From: Antedon mediterranea
Taxonomy: Eukaryota > Animalia > Echinodermata
Direction of reading: 5' to 3'
Assembly (NCBI RefSeq): GCF_964355755.1
Contig: NC_092673.1
Span: 17,171,648-17,235,647, forward strand
Length of the DNA: 64,000 nt
Below, in pieces: positions 63,538 to 64,000 of this stretch. How positions within the stretch are numbered: the stretch's first letter is position 1; the number at the start of each line of letters is the position of its first letter. Position numbers and translations under genes: made by a program. Below the pieces are notes generated by a model that saw only the letters and a list, made by a program, of their open reading frames with translations, ran no database searches and had not been told where the DNA came from.

Positions 63538-64000
63538 ATATTCATTTATAAGTCAACTATAATTGTAATGTGTTGTTGTTGTTTTAATATTTCATTTGTA
63601 TCTGGATAGTATCCAAATATTATTTTCTTTGAAAGTTTATAGTAAAACTATTTGTTGTTTTATATTATGGCTCAAACATTTTAACACATCTACCTACTGT
63701 TCCAAAGTAAACTTTTATTCAATTTATCTCTCTCTCTCTCTCTCCTCCATCTTTCAATGTTGAAGGAGGTAGACTATAAACAGCAGCACTCAAGTTTTGG
63801 TTTGGATACAGGAGTTATAGGTGGCGCACTGTACAAGTTGATTTCATTTATTAGCAAATATTAATTTCTATTCACGTCCTAATTTACAACCAATGTTAAA
63901 AAATAGTAAATCTATGTGTTATCACGTGATGCTCTTTCATCCAATCTCTAGATGGTAAATGTTTGAGCAATGACTGTATGTATGTGATGCGTATTAAAGT

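Overview
AT-rich, intron-containing metazoan genomic DNA, probably a marine invertebrate (the TAGGCCTA-rich patches and TE mix suggest an echinoderm; this is inference). The only host genes I can support are three + strand paralogs of a small ankyrin-repeat-only gene, nearly invisible in the ORF track because each ankyrin repeat is its own 105-111 bp phase-0 exon. Copy 1 (360-11330) looks complete (~294 aa, 6 repeat exons). Copy 2 (41371-41862) keeps only its start and N-cap exons. Copy 3 (60259 to beyond the window) carries a young 327-bp exon+intron tandem array. In that array the 219-bp introns are nearly identical, while exon changes are mostly non-synonymous and concentrate on the residues that form the ankyrin binding surface (those randomised in DARPin libraries). 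This is the best candidate for a new system: a naturally diversifying, exon-shuffled ankyrin receptor family. Copies 2 and 3 lie in a tandem segmental duplication (~13765-44760 vs ~46548 onward). Comparing the two halves exposes empty sites for many transposons, including a 15.4-kb nested insertion that contains an intact Gmr1-like gypsy element with apparently identical LTRs. All alignments and counts were done by eye.
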